Assembly (NCBI GenBank): GCA_017514765.1
Contig: JAFWIU010000012.1
Location: 313 to 64,312, forward strand
Reading direction: 5' to 3'
Length of the DNA stretch: 64,000 bases
Origin: Candidatus Saccharimonadota bacterium
GTDB taxonomy: Bacteria > Patescibacteriota > Saccharimonadia > Saccharimonadales > Saccharimonadaceae
How positions within the stretch are numbered: the stretch's first letter is position 1; each line of letters begins with the position of its first letter. The position numbers and the translations under genes were made by a program. Below the pieces are notes generated by a model. The model was not told the origin of the DNA and ran no database searches. It was given only the letters and a program-made list of their open reading frames with translations. Of the stretch, positions 25,400 to 35,757 are shown piece by piece.

Positions 25400-27421
25400 T
25401 TATTCGTAAATAGGAACATCGTCGGGGAAGGGGTCGAAATCGGATTTGCCAAAATCGTCGTCGGTGAAGTCGGTTAAAGTGTCGTCGGTGAAGCCGTCGC
25501 CGTCTTGGTCGTGGTAGCCTGATGAGCCATAGGGATTGTAGCCGAGTTCGGTAAGGAAGCGGGAGGGCATACTGTAGCTACGAGTGCCATAGGAATAGCG
25601 CGATAGGGCGTAGGTGAGGAATAGGCGTTTCATGGCGCGAGTCATGGCGACGTAGGCGAGGCGGCGCTCTTCTTCGAGTTCGGCGTCGTTGTCGTAGGCG
25701 CGGGAACCTGGAAAGAGGCCTTCTTCCATACCAACGATGAAGACGACGGGGAACTCGAGGCCTTTGGCGGCATGCATGGTCATAAGAGTGACGGAGTTCT
25801 TGCTGGTGGCTTCGTCGGCGCTGGACATTAAAGTGGCGTCGGCGAGGAAATCCGACAAAGTGTCGTATTCGCTGGCGTTACTAATGAGTACTTCGAGGTT
25901 TTGCATGCGATCTTCGGTAGTGGGGGTACCATCATTTAGGAGAGTTTGGAAATCGAAATAAGTGACAACGCGCTCAGCGATTTTGCCTGGGTTATCTTCG
26001 AGATTAGTGGTTTTTAGGAAATTGATGAGACGAAGGAGGGCAGTTTTGGCTTTGGCGGAATTGATGACTGAGGGGAGGTCGGGATTGAAAAGTGGTTGCG
26101 GCTCATCGATGGAGTCGATGGCGCCAAGGAGTTTTCGGATGGAGACTTCGCCGATACCGGACAGGATGTTGCTACAAACGCGGGTGAGACTGACTTTGTC
26201 GCGTTGGTTAATAAGGAGGCGAAGGATTGCCATGACGTCTTTGATTTCCTTACGGTCGTAGAAGCGGACGCCGCCGATGATTTTATAGGGGATATGCATG
26301 TTAAGAAAAGCTTTTTCAAAAGCATAGGATTGGGCATTGGTGCGGTAAAGGATGGCGAAGTCGGAAAAATCGGGGTAGTCTTTCTGAAGATTGAGGATTT
26401 TCATGGCGACGTAGGTGGCTTCGGTGGTTTCATCTTGGAGGTTTTCGATGTCGACGGGCTCGCCAGCTTCGGCGTCGGTGAAGAGGGTTTTGTCGGTGCG
26501 AGTTTTGTTTTCGTGAATGACTTTTTGAGAGGCGGCGAGGATATTCTTGGTGGAGCGGTAGTTTTGTTCGAGTTTGATGACTTTGGCGCCAGGGAAATCC
26601 TTTTCGAAGTTGAGGATGTTGGTGAAGTCGGCGCCGCGCCAGGAGTAGATGGATTGCCAGTCGTCGCCGACGACGCAAATGTTACGATTTGCGTTGACGA
26701 GGAGTTTGACGATATGGTATTGGACGAGGTTGGTGTCTTGGTACTCGTCGATAAGAATGTGGTGGAATTTCTGTTGCCATTTGGTGCGGATATTGGGGTG
26801 GTTTTGGAATAGCTCGAGTTCTTTTAAGAGTAGGTCGTCGAAATCGAGGGCGGAGGCTTGGGCTTTCTCGGATTCGTAGCGGGCGAAGATTTGGGCGATT
26901 TGCTTCTGATTGGGGTAGAGAGCGGTGGCGGCGTAGTCGTCGGCAGAGTGACCTTGGTTCTTCTCGCTACTAATAATGGATTGGATGGATTTGGGTTTGA
27001 GTTGCTTGTTGTCGCTCATGCGAAGGTCTTTCATGATGCGGCGGATGAGGGAGATTTGGTCGTCGGTATCGTAGATGACGAAATCGCGACTTAAGCTGAT
27101 AGCTTCGTGCTCTATTCTTAGTATTTTGACCGCAATACTATGAAATGTTCCCATATAAGGCATAAAAGAACGTGGAGGTGGAGTGGTTTGGTTTTGTAAT
27201 AATTTCCATAGTCGTTCGCGCATTTCATTGGCGGCTTTGTTGGTGAAAGTGACGGCGAGGATGCTGTGCGGGTCGGTGCCGTGAGCGATGAGATTAGCGA
27301 TGCGATGAGTGAGGGTTCTGGTTTTGCCGGAACCGGCGCCAGCTAAAATCAATAGTGGCCCAGACAATGTCTCGACCGCGGATTGTTGCGCGGGGTTTAA
27401 ACCCTCTAGAATTTTGTCCAT
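25400..27421 (-). CDS. pcrA: ATP-dependent DNA helicase PcrA/UvrD
   Basis: AGAGSGKT, VTFTNKAA, DEYQDTN, VGDDWQSIYSWRGA, QNYRST, LYRTNAQS, TMHAAKGLEF, EERRLAYVAMTRA; start reassigned to MDKIL. Confidence 0.95.
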   Translation of the reverse strand: MDKILEGLNPAQQSAVETLSGPLLILAGAGSGKTRTLTHRIANLIAHGTDPHSILAVTFTNKAANEMRERLWKLLQNQTTPPPRSFMPYMGTFHSIAVKILRIEHEAISLSRDFVIYDTDDQISLIRRIMKDLRMSDNKQLKPKSIQSIISSEKNQGHSADDYAATALYPNQKQIAQIFARYESEKAQASALDFDDLLLKELELFQNHPNIRTKWQQKFHHILIDEYQDTNLVQYHIVKLLVNANRNICVVGDDWQSIYSWRGADFTNILNFEKDFPGAKVIKLEQNYRSTKNILAASQKVIHENKTRTDKTLFTDAEAGEPVDIENLQDETTEATYVAMKILNLQKDYPDFSDFAILYRTNAQSYAFEKAFLNMHIPYKIIGGVRFYDRKEIKDVMAILRLLINQRDKVSLTRVCSNILSGIGEVSIRKLLGAIDSIDEPQPLFNPDLPSVINSAKAKTALLRLINFLKTTNLEDNPGKIAERVVTYFDFQTLLNDGTPTTEDRMQNLEVLISNASEYDTLSDFLADATLMSSADEATSKNSVTLMTMHAAKGLEFPVVFIVGMEEGLFPGSRAYDNDAELEEERRLAYVAMTRAMKRLFLTYALSRYSYGTRSYSMPSRFLTELGYNPYGSSGYHDQDGDGFTDDTLTDFTDDDFGKSDFDPFPDDVPIYE

Positions 27422-27576
27422 GTAATTATTGTAACACATTAGAGTGTTGGTTTATTTGCGCGATTTGAAAGTTGAGTTGTTTGATAATGATTATGTTGAA
27501 TAATGCATACTAAAGGGGTTGTAAATGTCTTTATACTGTGATAAGGTGTTATGCATTAAAAATATAGAGTGATATA

Positions 27577-27796
27577 ATGAAACAATTTAATAAAGTCTAT
27601 AAAAGTGATCGGAATTACAAAGATTGGTTTTTAGTGAAAGATAGTATTCAATATAGAAAGGTTTTGCGAAGTTTTAAGGAGTGGGAGATGTGGTGGTGCG
27701 CTATTGGTGAAAATGTGGGGGTCGAAATAAACGGTAATGGGAGAACTTGATGATGAGGATATCCGGAAGATTCAAGATGGTTTATGGAACTTATAG
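27577..27796 (+). pseudogene. PemK/MazF-family toxin relic with internal deletion and frameshift
   Basis: 57-codon ORF (27577-27750, below track cutoff) ending FKEWEMWWCAIGENVGVEINGNG; a short C-terminal helix GELDDEDIRKIQDGLWNL continues in another frame; central RP-containing core missing. Confidence 0.65.
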
Positions 27797-27926
27797 GGAG
27801 TAAAAAATGCCCCCTCGTTTAGGAGGGGTAGGGCGGGAAAATCCCGAAGATGGTTTAATTGTACCAGCTTTTGGCGAAAAATGCAACGTGTGCTATGTAA
27901 AAAAGTGGCATAAGGGGGAATGATGA

Positions 27927-29477
27927 TTAAATGCCGGTGAGGGGGGAGATGTCGGCGCCGAGGTGGCGGAGGCGGGCGGCGAAGTCTTGGTAGCCGCGAT
28001 TGATAGGGTAGACGTTACGAAGAATGGATTGGCCGGGGGCGGCGAGCATGCCGATCAGGATGACAACAGCGGGACGGAGTGCTTGCGGAGCAACGAGCTC
28101 GGTGGGGCGCCAGTTGGTGGGTCCTTCGATGTAGACGCGGTGAGCGTCGAGGAGTTCGACTTTAACGTTGAGATTGGCGAGTTCAGTAGTGTAAACGGCG
28201 CGGTTTTCGAAGACCCAGTCGTGGATAAGAGTACGGCCACTCGCGACAGCAGCGATGACGGAAAAGAAGGGAAGATTGTCAATATTAAGACCTGGGAAAG
28301 GCATGGGGTGAATTTTGTCGACGGGTGCGACGAGGCTGGATTTTTTGATATATAGATCAACGAGGCGGGTGCGATTGTTGGAGGAGAGGTATTCGGGGGA
28401 TTTGTCGATGATAGCATGCATGTTTTTCAAGACTTCGAGTTCGATTTCGAGGAATTCGATGGGTGCGCGCATGATAGTGATTTCGGAGTTGGTAGCAAGG
28501 GCGGCAGTGATGAAACTCATGGCTTCGATGGGGTCTTCAGAGATATTATATTCAACGTCTTGATTGAAGAACGGACGACCTTGAACGACGAGGCGGGTAG
28601 TACCGATGCCGGAAATCTTAACGCCGAGTTGTTCGAGGTAGAAACAAACGTCTTGAACCATGTAGTTAGGCGAGGCGCCGACGATGGTGGTCTTGCCAGG
28701 GGCGAGGGCGGCGGCCATGAGAACGTTTTCAGTGACGGTGTCGCCACGCTCAGTAAGGACAATATAACGGTCGTGGTATTTATGAAGAGTTTCTTGTCGG
28801 ACTTCGACTTCGTAGAAGCCACTATGACATTCGGCGTCAACGGTGAGGCCGAAAGATTTGAGAGCTTGAAGGTGTGGTTCGACGGTGCGAGTACCGAGTG
28901 AACAACCGCCGGCGTAGGGGATTTTGAATCTAGGATAGCGGTGAAGTAGAGGGCCGAGGAACATAATAATAGAGCGGGTACGGCGGGCAGCTTCGATGTC
29001 CATTTCGTCGAGTTTTAATTCGCGGGGTGAGATAATTTCGAGGTCACGATGGCGGTTGGTCCAGTGGCATTTGACACCGATAGATTCCAAAACTTCGATA
29101 ATGCGGAAGACTTCTTCGATGCGGGCGATATGACGAAGGGTGGTCTTGCCGGTGTTGAGAAGGGTGGCACACAGGAGGGCAACGGCAGCGTTTTTGGAAG
29201 TATTGATGGTGATTTCACCGTGCAATTCTTTGCCGCCGCGGATGCGAAAACTTTGTCCAGCTGAGTCATTAACAGAGAGGATTTGGGTGCCGAGAGCTTC
29301 AGAGAGTTTCTTGATCATTTCAAGGGAAATGTTCTGGCCACCTTTTTCGATACGGTGGATGGCGGACTGAGAGGAGCCGACTTGTTCAGCTAATTCTTCT
29401 TGAGTCCAACCTTTTTCGATGCGCATTTGTTCGATGGCCTCACCGATGACTTGTTGATATGACAGTGTTTTCTTCAT
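27927..29477 (-). CDS. murA: UDP-N-acetylglucosamine 1-carboxyvinyltransferase with N-terminal XRE helix-turn-helix
   Basis: N-terminal WTQEELAEQVGSSQSAIHRIEKG; SKNAAVA, GGCSLGTR (catalytic Cys), SEDPIEA, FENR, ALRPA. Confidence 0.9.
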   Translation of the reverse strand: MKKTLSYQQVIGEAIEQMRIEKGWTQEELAEQVGSSQSAIHRIEKGGQNISLEMIKKLSEALGTQILSVNDSAGQSFRIRGGKELHGEITINTSKNAAVALLCATLLNTGKTTLRHIARIEEVFRIIEVLESIGVKCHWTNRHRDLEIISPRELKLDEMDIEAARRTRSIIMFLGPLLHRYPRFKIPYAGGCSLGTRTVEPHLQALKSFGLTVDAECHSGFYEVEVRQETLHKYHDRYIVLTERGDTVTENVLMAAALAPGKTTIVGASPNYMVQDVCFYLEQLGVKISGIGTTRLVVQGRPFFNQDVEYNISEDPIEAMSFITAALATNSEITIMRAPIEFLEIELEVLKNMHAIIDKSPEYLSSNNRTRLVDLYIKKSSLVAPVDKIHPMPFPGLNIDNLPFFSVIAAVASGRTLIHDWVFENRAVYTTELANLNVKVELLDAHRVYIEGPTNWRPTELVAPQALRPAVVILIGMLAAPGQSILRNVYPINRGYQDFAARLRHLGADISPLTGI

Positions 29478-29613
29478 GATAATGAATATATCATGGCATG
29501 AATAAAATGTAAAGAGCCGAAATATAGAGAAATAATTGCTTATTTGTCATAAGTACTATATAATTAAGTATAGGCGCTACGGCTTGTTTTAGCGTGGAAG
29601 TTATGGAGTAAGA

Positions 29614-32600
29614 GTGTTGTCAAAGAGAATAAAGAATAGAGGAATTGTTGTGGTTGTCGTCATGTTGAGCTTTTTGTTTGCCTGTAATTGTGATGTCAAA
29701 ACTACACTTGCTTATTCTGCTTCTATTACTACCTCTAACTCGATTGTTCTAAATGCAGCCTTAATCAGTAACGGTACCTCAATCCATGCTGAGTCCATTA
29801 ATGTTCAATCGGATTGTAGGAGTGGCTATAATCTAACTATTGCTGTACCGGAAGGCAGTGATTTGTATAGATATGATAATGGTAATCAAGCGGTCAATGC
29901 TTCTTTTACTGCTGTAGATGGTGTATCGGCTCTCAATAGTAGCAATAATACTAATAAATGGGGTTATACCTTGACTAATGATGCTAATGCTAGCACGGTT
30001 TTTTATCCACTTTCATCCAATGAATCAGTTTTAAAAACTTCTACTCAGACTGCAAGTGCCAGCGATATTAATGATACATTCTCGATTTATTATGGGGTAA
30101 AAACAGATAATACGATTGAACCTGGCGTATACCAGATGGCTAATAACGGTTCCGTTGTTTATTATCTAACTATGGATGTTACTTGTACTCAATATACTGT
30201 ATCGTTTGATCCCAATGGCGGCACTGTAACGAGTGGAGGGAATAATCCTACTCAGGCTATTCAACAAGGAGAACTTACCAATTTGAATTCAGCAGAATTA
30301 TTGCAAGCGCCAACAGCCGCTTCTTATACCGATGCAGATAACAATACTATAAATGGTGATGCTGATAAAGTTTGGGTTTTCTGGGGTTGGAATACTAAAG
30401 TAGATGGTACTGGCGATTGGTATAAGGATAAGGAAGCAGTGGAGAATTTGACAGCTGCAGGAACTACCATTACACTTTATGCTCAGTGGAAACAGGCTAC
30501 CTTAATCGATTTGGCTGTAGGGACTCAAGTGGGTACCGAAAAGGTTATTGATCATAATACTATGCAAGATATGAGTGCAGGCATTTGTTATAATTCTACG
30601 GCTTATTCTATAGATACTAGTTCTGATGCGTACAGTCCGTATAATGCATCTACTAATCCAAACGGTTATCATACTGTTACTTTGAATGATTATCGTGGTA
30701 AAGTCACTGTTGGCGAGAATTTGGAGTTACCAGAACAGTATAACGTTTCTAGACTCGCGGATGGGTTGTGTTGGATGACGACTAACCTTAACCTCGGTAG
30801 AAGTGGTACGGATGGGCCGAATGGTGATGGTACAGTTACGCTCACTTCGGAAGATTCCGATTTGGCCAATAATGCTACTTTTGCATTGCCTGCACATTCT
30901 ACTACTAGTAGTACTGCAAATAATACTGCTAGAATTCGAATAACCAATAATGATGGTAATAACGATAATGGTGTTTTTTATTCTTGGGCAGCTGCCGTAG
31001 CTGGAGTTGTGTCGAATCCCACAGTTTCGGTTTGTCCGAAGAATTGGGATTTGCCAAATAGAGCACAATACGATAATTTACAAACAAAAATGGACTATAA
31101 GTCTGGTAATTCGCCTACTTCACTGCCTGGTGCATTTCTGTTAAGTGGAGGGTTTACGAATGGCGCTACTTTTTATCAGACTAGTTATGGGCACCTTTGG
31201 ACGACACAACCAAGTACCTCGGCGGCATATGGAGCAAGGATAGAAAGTGCAAGAGTATTAACCAGTTTAACTAGTAACACTACTTATGGTGGGAATAAGT
31301 ATTATGAGAAAAATGTGAGATGTGTAGCAAGTAAGGGCCGAGCAACTGTTAACTATGATGGCAATGGGACAACGGAATACCCAGTGACTGGTAGTACGTC
31401 TTCGCAGGTAAATGTAGAAATAAATAGTACGAATACACGGGCTAGTAGTGGTTTTATTAGGACTGGATGGATTTTCAAGAACTGGAATACCGCATCGGAT
31501 GGTAGTGGTGTTGCGATAGCTGCTAGCACGGCACTTTCTGCCTTAAACATTAAGCCTAGTGATACGATTACGCTTTATGCTCAGTGGACGCCGGTTTATA
31601 AGATTACTTATGTCAATAATTGCGCTACTTATAATACAGGATGCACTACGACTACTTCAAATACTACTTCTATACAGAATATTAATCTGACAAGCTATCC
31701 AAGTGGTGGCACAGAATCTGGTACACTTGGTGCATTTGATAAATTCACGCAAAGTGGTTGGAAGATTAAAGAATGGACAACCAATGCAGACGGTACTGGT
31801 ACGTCGTATCTGATATCTAGTAGCTATACGGTGCCGAGTGGTTCGGCGCCAGGGGATGGAATTACGTTGTATGCCCATTGGGTGCCGGTTTATTCTATTC
31901 AGTATGATGGTAATGGTGCGGATAATCCTGATGGTATGGGTACCACGAATGCTTCTGGTGTCAAAGCTGTTAGGCATATTAATGTGAGTGGGGGTGATCC
32001 CGTGACATTTATAGCTAGTAATTTTAAACGTACTGGGTATGGGTTTGTGGGCTGGTCTACTGATCCTGATGCGTGGACTCATTTTATGGATAATGATAGT
32101 ACTAATGATTCGGTAATATATGGTCCGATGGAGACTATATCGGCTCCAGCTGATTCTGGAAATAATACAAGCACTATGACGGTGTATGCGGTTTGGGTGG
32201 AGGCAGAGAAGGACGGTAACAATAATCCGATTTATCTTCAGGACTTTACGGGTTCGGACTGTAGTGCTCTTACGGGGACGGAATTTGACACAAATACGGG
32301 TGCTATTAGTGTGGGCGAGGTTATTGCGCTTACGGATAAGCGTGATAATGAAGTTTATGCGGTAGCGAAGCTTGCCGATGACCACTGTTGGATGGTGGAA
32401 AACCTGAGATTGGAATCTGCTGGGACATTGGGGAATAATATCAATGATAGTAGTGTAACGAACCAAAGTCTTGCTCAAGGCTATGGTGGTATTACGGGGA
32501 GAAATGGGAATTTTGTGGGGTTAGCCAATCCGGAGTCTTCCAGTAGCTGGAATAGCACAGCATCAAATAGTATTTATAAGTCATCTGCCAGTACGCCGTT

Positions 32601-33207
32601 GGATACTTATGATCCTATTAATGGTGTATTGGAGGATATCGGATCATTGGACAACCCGATTCATCGTTTTCCGCGATATGATAATAGTCCCAAAAGTAAT
32701 CTTAATGGTATTTCACATACGAGGAATCATGGTAATCCATCAAATAATACTGGTACTTTTCCTGGTAATCTGTATTCTTATGGCGATTTGTACACTTGGA
32801 GTGCGGCGATGGCTAATACATCTCATTATGTTGGAGCGAGGGAGGTAAATGTTGCTGGAGAGATTTCGGAGACTGTGGGTACTTCAATTTGTCCATACGG
32901 TTGGCGTTTGCCAACTGGGGGTAGTTCTACCAAAGAGTTTGCTGCTCTTGCTAAGGCTTATGGTGGGACTGGTGTAAATCAATCTGGTGCAGTGAACTCT
33001 GGTGACGTGATGTCGAACCGTTTGCGAACGTTTCCAAATAACTTTGTTTTTTCTAGAAGTGGTGCTGACGGTAGGTATTGGACTACCTCGAGCTGGAATA
33101 GTTCTAACGGAAATGTCTTTTTCTTAAATAGTACGAGATTAGATCCAACTGAGCATTGGGGTAAGAACTCTGCTTATGCCGTGCGTTGTTTTATGGATGA
33201 ATCTTAA
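29614..33207 (+). CDS. Secreted protein with four InlB-B/Listeria-Bacteroides-like repeats and two FISUMP (Fib_succ_major)-like domains
   Basis: Repeats Y-V-F/YD-NG...LYAQW; FISUMP-like motifs CWM-TNL, YSWAAA, VCPKNWDLP, NVRC and CWMVENL, YTWSAAMA, ICPYGWRLPT, YWT, AVRC. Confidence 0.8.
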   Translation: MLSKRIKNRGIVVVVVMLSFLFACNCDVKTTLAYSASITTSNSIVLNAALISNGTSIHAESINVQSDCRSGYNLTIAVPEGSDLYRYDNGNQAVNASFTAVDGVSALNSSNNTNKWGYTLTNDANASTVFYPLSSNESVLKTSTQTASASDINDTFSIYYGVKTDNTIEPGVYQMANNGSVVYYLTMDVTCTQYTVSFDPNGGTVTSGGNNPTQAIQQGELTNLNSAELLQAPTAASYTDADNNTINGDADKVWVFWGWNTKVDGTGDWYKDKEAVENLTAAGTTITLYAQWKQATLIDLAVGTQVGTEKVIDHNTMQDMSAGICYNSTAYSIDTSSDAYSPYNASTNPNGYHTVTLNDYRGKVTVGENLELPEQYNVSRLADGLCWMTTNLNLGRSGTDGPNGDGTVTLTSEDSDLANNATFALPAHSTTSSTANNTARIRITNNDGNNDNGVFYSWAAAVAGVVSNPTVSVCPKNWDLPNRAQYDNLQTKMDYKSGNSPTSLPGAFLLSGGFTNGATFYQTSYGHLWTTQPSTSAAYGARIESARVLTSLTSNTTYGGNKYYEKNVRCVASKGRATVNYDGNGTTEYPVTGSTSSQVNVEINSTNTRASSGFIRTGWIFKNWNTASDGSGVAIAASTALSALNIKPSDTITLYAQWTPVYKITYVNNCATYNTGCTTTTSNTTSIQNINLTSYPSGGTESGTLGAFDKFTQSGWKIKEWTTNADGTGTSYLISSSYTVPSGSAPGDGITLYAHWVPVYSIQYDGNGADNPDGMGTTNASGVKAVRHINVSGGDPVTFIASNFKRTGYGFVGWSTDPDAWTHFMDNDSTNDSVIYGPMETISAPADSGNNTSTMTVYAVWVEAEKDGNNNPIYLQDFTGSDCSALTGTEFDTNTGAISVGEVIALTDKRDNEVYAVAKLADDHCWMVENLRLESAGTLGNNINDSSVTNQSLAQGYGGITGRNGNFVGLANPESSSSWNSTASNSIYKSSASTPLDTYDPINGVLEDIGSLDNPIHRFPRYDNSPKSNLNGISHTRNHGNPSNNTGTFPGNLYSYGDLYTWSAAMANTSHYVGAREVNVAGEISETVGTSICPYGWRLPTGGSSTKEFAALAKAYGGTGVNQSGAVNSGDVMSNRLRTFPNNFVFSRSGADGRYWTTSSWNSSNGNVFFLNSTRLDPTEHWGKNSAYAVRCFMDES

Positions 33208-33226
33208 TTCGTAGTATAATGATAAT

Positions 33227-34276
33227 ATGAAAACAATTAGAGATATTAATGTTAAAGATAAGATAGTGCTAATGCGGGTGGATTATAATGTGCCGCTTAA
33301 AAATGGGAAGATTGTAGATGACCTGAGGGTTCGGGCGAGTGTGTCGACGATTGAGACGTTATTGAAGCGGGGTGCGAAACGGGTGGTGCTTTTGTCGCAT
33401 CTGGGGAGGCCGGAGGGTAGGGTAGATATGAAACTGTCGCTCTCAGTAGTGGCGAAGGCGCTTGAGAAGATGTTGAAGCGGGTTGTAGGATTCTACCCCC
33501 TGCCGGAGGAGGGAGCGAAAATATCAATTCCTGGAAATGTGAAGGTGGCGTTACTAGAAAATTTGCGATTCGATCTGGGTGAAGAGGGGAATTCGAAAGA
33601 GTTTATTAAAAACATCATTGATGCGGTAGATGCAGATATGTATGTGCAGGATGGGTTTGCGGTAGTGCATCGGGCACACGCTTCGACAGATGCGGTGAAA
33701 GAGTTTTTGCCGGTGTATGCTGGGCTACTTGTAGAAAAGGAAGTAGTGAACCTGGATAAGGTGATGAATAAGCCAGAAAAGCCAGTGCTGCTAATTATTG
33801 GTGGAGCAAAAGTAGAAGACAAACAGCCATTGATTGAAAAACTAGTGAATAAAGTAGATTATATTGTAGTAGGTGGGAAGATCGCGGCGGATGGATATAA
33901 GGCCAAAAATGAAAAGATATATGTAGCGGAAGATTTTGATGAGAATGCTGAGGGCGCAAAGTTGGATATTGGACCATTATCAACAGCAAAACTGGCAGGG
34001 ATGATTACGGATGCTAAGACAATTATTTGGAATGGGCTCTTGGGCTATGCAGAAGATCCGGCTTACGCGACGGCGTCGACAATTACGGCGGAGATGATTG
34101 GTGAACACGTGTCGGCAGAGACGGTGATATGTGGGGGTGATACGACTGGGTTTGTGGAGAATCTGATGAAGGAACATCCGAATTTGTCGTACTCGTTAGT
34201 GTCGACAGGTGGTGGGGCGGCACTAGAATACTTGCTCGGCGAAAAATTACCAGGCATTAGTGCGATTGAAAAATAG
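33227..34276 (+). CDS. pgk: Phosphoglycerate kinase (short form, 349 aa)
   Basis: RVDYNVP, SHLGRP, LENLRF, HRAHAS, GGAKV, LDIGP, IIWNG, STGGGAALEYL. Confidence 0.95.
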   Translation: MKTIRDINVKDKIVLMRVDYNVPLKNGKIVDDLRVRASVSTIETLLKRGAKRVVLLSHLGRPEGRVDMKLSLSVVAKALEKMLKRVVGFYPLPEEGAKISIPGNVKVALLENLRFDLGEEGNSKEFIKNIIDAVDADMYVQDGFAVVHRAHASTDAVKEFLPVYAGLLVEKEVVNLDKVMNKPEKPVLLIIGGAKVEDKQPLIEKLVNKVDYIVVGGKIAADGYKAKNEKIYVAEDFDENAEGAKLDIGPLSTAKLAGMITDAKTIIWNGLLGYAEDPAYATASTITAEMIGEHVSAETVICGGDTTGFVENLMKEHPNLSYSLVSTGGGAALEYLLGEKLPGISAIEK

Positions 34277-34279
34277 TTA

Positions 34280-35713
34280 TTATACAGTTCTAACTTTAAT
34301 AGTATCGGTGCCGTATTTGTCGCGGTTGCCGGAGACGATGACGGTGGTGAGATCTTTTTTGCCGTCTTCGACTTGAAGATAGTTGCCTTTGAGTTCTTTG
34401 GCGAGGGCGAGACCGAAATCTTCAGCGTAGGGACGGACGAAGGCGGAGTTGGCGTAGCAGAGAGCGAGCTGGTTGGCAACGCGAGCGTTGGGAGTGACGG
34501 AGACGATGGGGAGATTCGGGCGCTGGGCAGCCATGGTGGTGGCGGTGACGCCAGAAGCGGTTTGGCAAATAATGGCGTCGGCTTCGATAGATTCGGCGAT
34601 ATGAGCGGCGGCGCTGGAAATGGCGTCGTAGACTTCGGATTTTTCGCCGACGGGATCTTGAGAAATAGGTGCAATACGAGAGTGATTCTGGGTGTAGAGG
34701 ATGATTTTCTTCATGGCTTTGACGGTTTCTAGTGGATATTTGCCATTGGCGGTTTCATCGGAAAGCATAACAGTGTCGGCTCCTTGAATAACGGCAGTCG
34801 CAACATCGGAAACTTCGGCACGTGTGGGTTCGGGATTGTCGACCATGCTGGAAAGCATTTGAGTGGCGACGATGCAGAGTTTAGCGTGAGCGCGACAAAG
34901 CGCGATGAGCTTACGTTGGATAATGGGGACGACTTCGGTGCCGGCTTCGACGGCCATGTCGCCGCGAGCGACCATAATACCATCGGCGGCTCTCACGATG
35001 TCTTCGAGACTTTTTTCGGATTCGATGGCTTTTTTGGTTTCAATCTTCGCAATAACCTTGGCGGTGGAGCCGAGTGAGAGTAGCATTTGTTTTAACTTGA
35101 CGATGTCGCTGGCGGATTGGACGAAGGATAGGGAAACGTAGTCGTAGTCGCAGTTTACGCCGTATTCAATGTCAGCGAGGTCTTTCTCGGTCAGGATGTC
35201 GCCGCCGAAATCAGTGTCGGGGAGGTTGAGGCCTTTCTTGGACATAATGAAGCCGTCGTTTTCGATTGTGACTTTGATGGCGGTACTTGAGACGATTTCG
35301 GTAATAGTGGCTTTGACTTTACCATCAAACATAGAGAGAGGTTCGCCGGGTTTGACTTTGCTGGCGAGGTTATATTGAACTGGTACGGTCATACCGCCGT
35401 CGTGCTCAAAACTATCATCGGATTCGAGGATTAATTCGTCGCCTTTTTTGAGGTCGAGGTGATTGTCTTTTAACATGCCGAGACGGATTTTGGGACCTTG
35501 AAGATCTTGCAGGATAGCGACGGAGCGGCCTTTCTTAGCGGCAGCAGCGCGAATCCATTTGATTTGTTGGTCGCGTTCTTCGTTAGAGCCATGTGAACAG
35601 TTAAGACGGCAGCCGTTAACGCCGGCCATAATGACCTCTTCCACGAGTTCGGGTGAATTGGTGGCGGGTCCGATTGTTGCTAGTATTTTAGTGCGTTTGA
35701 ATAGTTTACTCAT
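34280..35713 (-). CDS. pyk: Pyruvate kinase
   Basis: RTKILATIGP, RLNCSHG, DLQGPKIR, AKIE, MVARGDM, ATQML, PTRAEVSDV, MLSDETA. Confidence 0.96.
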   Translation of the reverse strand: MSKLFKRTKILATIGPATNSPELVEEVIMAGVNGCRLNCSHGSNEERDQQIKWIRAAAAKKGRSVAILQDLQGPKIRLGMLKDNHLDLKKGDELILESDDSFEHDGGMTVPVQYNLASKVKPGEPLSMFDGKVKATITEIVSSTAIKVTIENDGFIMSKKGLNLPDTDFGGDILTEKDLADIEYGVNCDYDYVSLSFVQSASDIVKLKQMLLSLGSTAKVIAKIETKKAIESEKSLEDIVRAADGIMVARGDMAVEAGTEVVPIIQRKLIALCRAHAKLCIVATQMLSSMVDNPEPTRAEVSDVATAVIQGADTVMLSDETANGKYPLETVKAMKKIILYTQNHSRIAPISQDPVGEKSEVYDAISSAAAHIAESIEADAIICQTASGVTATTMAAQRPNLPIVSVTPNARVANQLALCYANSAFVRPYAEDFGLALAKELKGNYLQVEDGKKDLTTVIVSGNRDKYGTDTIKVRTV

Positions 35714-35757
35714 ATTATAATCTTACCATATGTTTGATTATATGGTAATATCATAAT

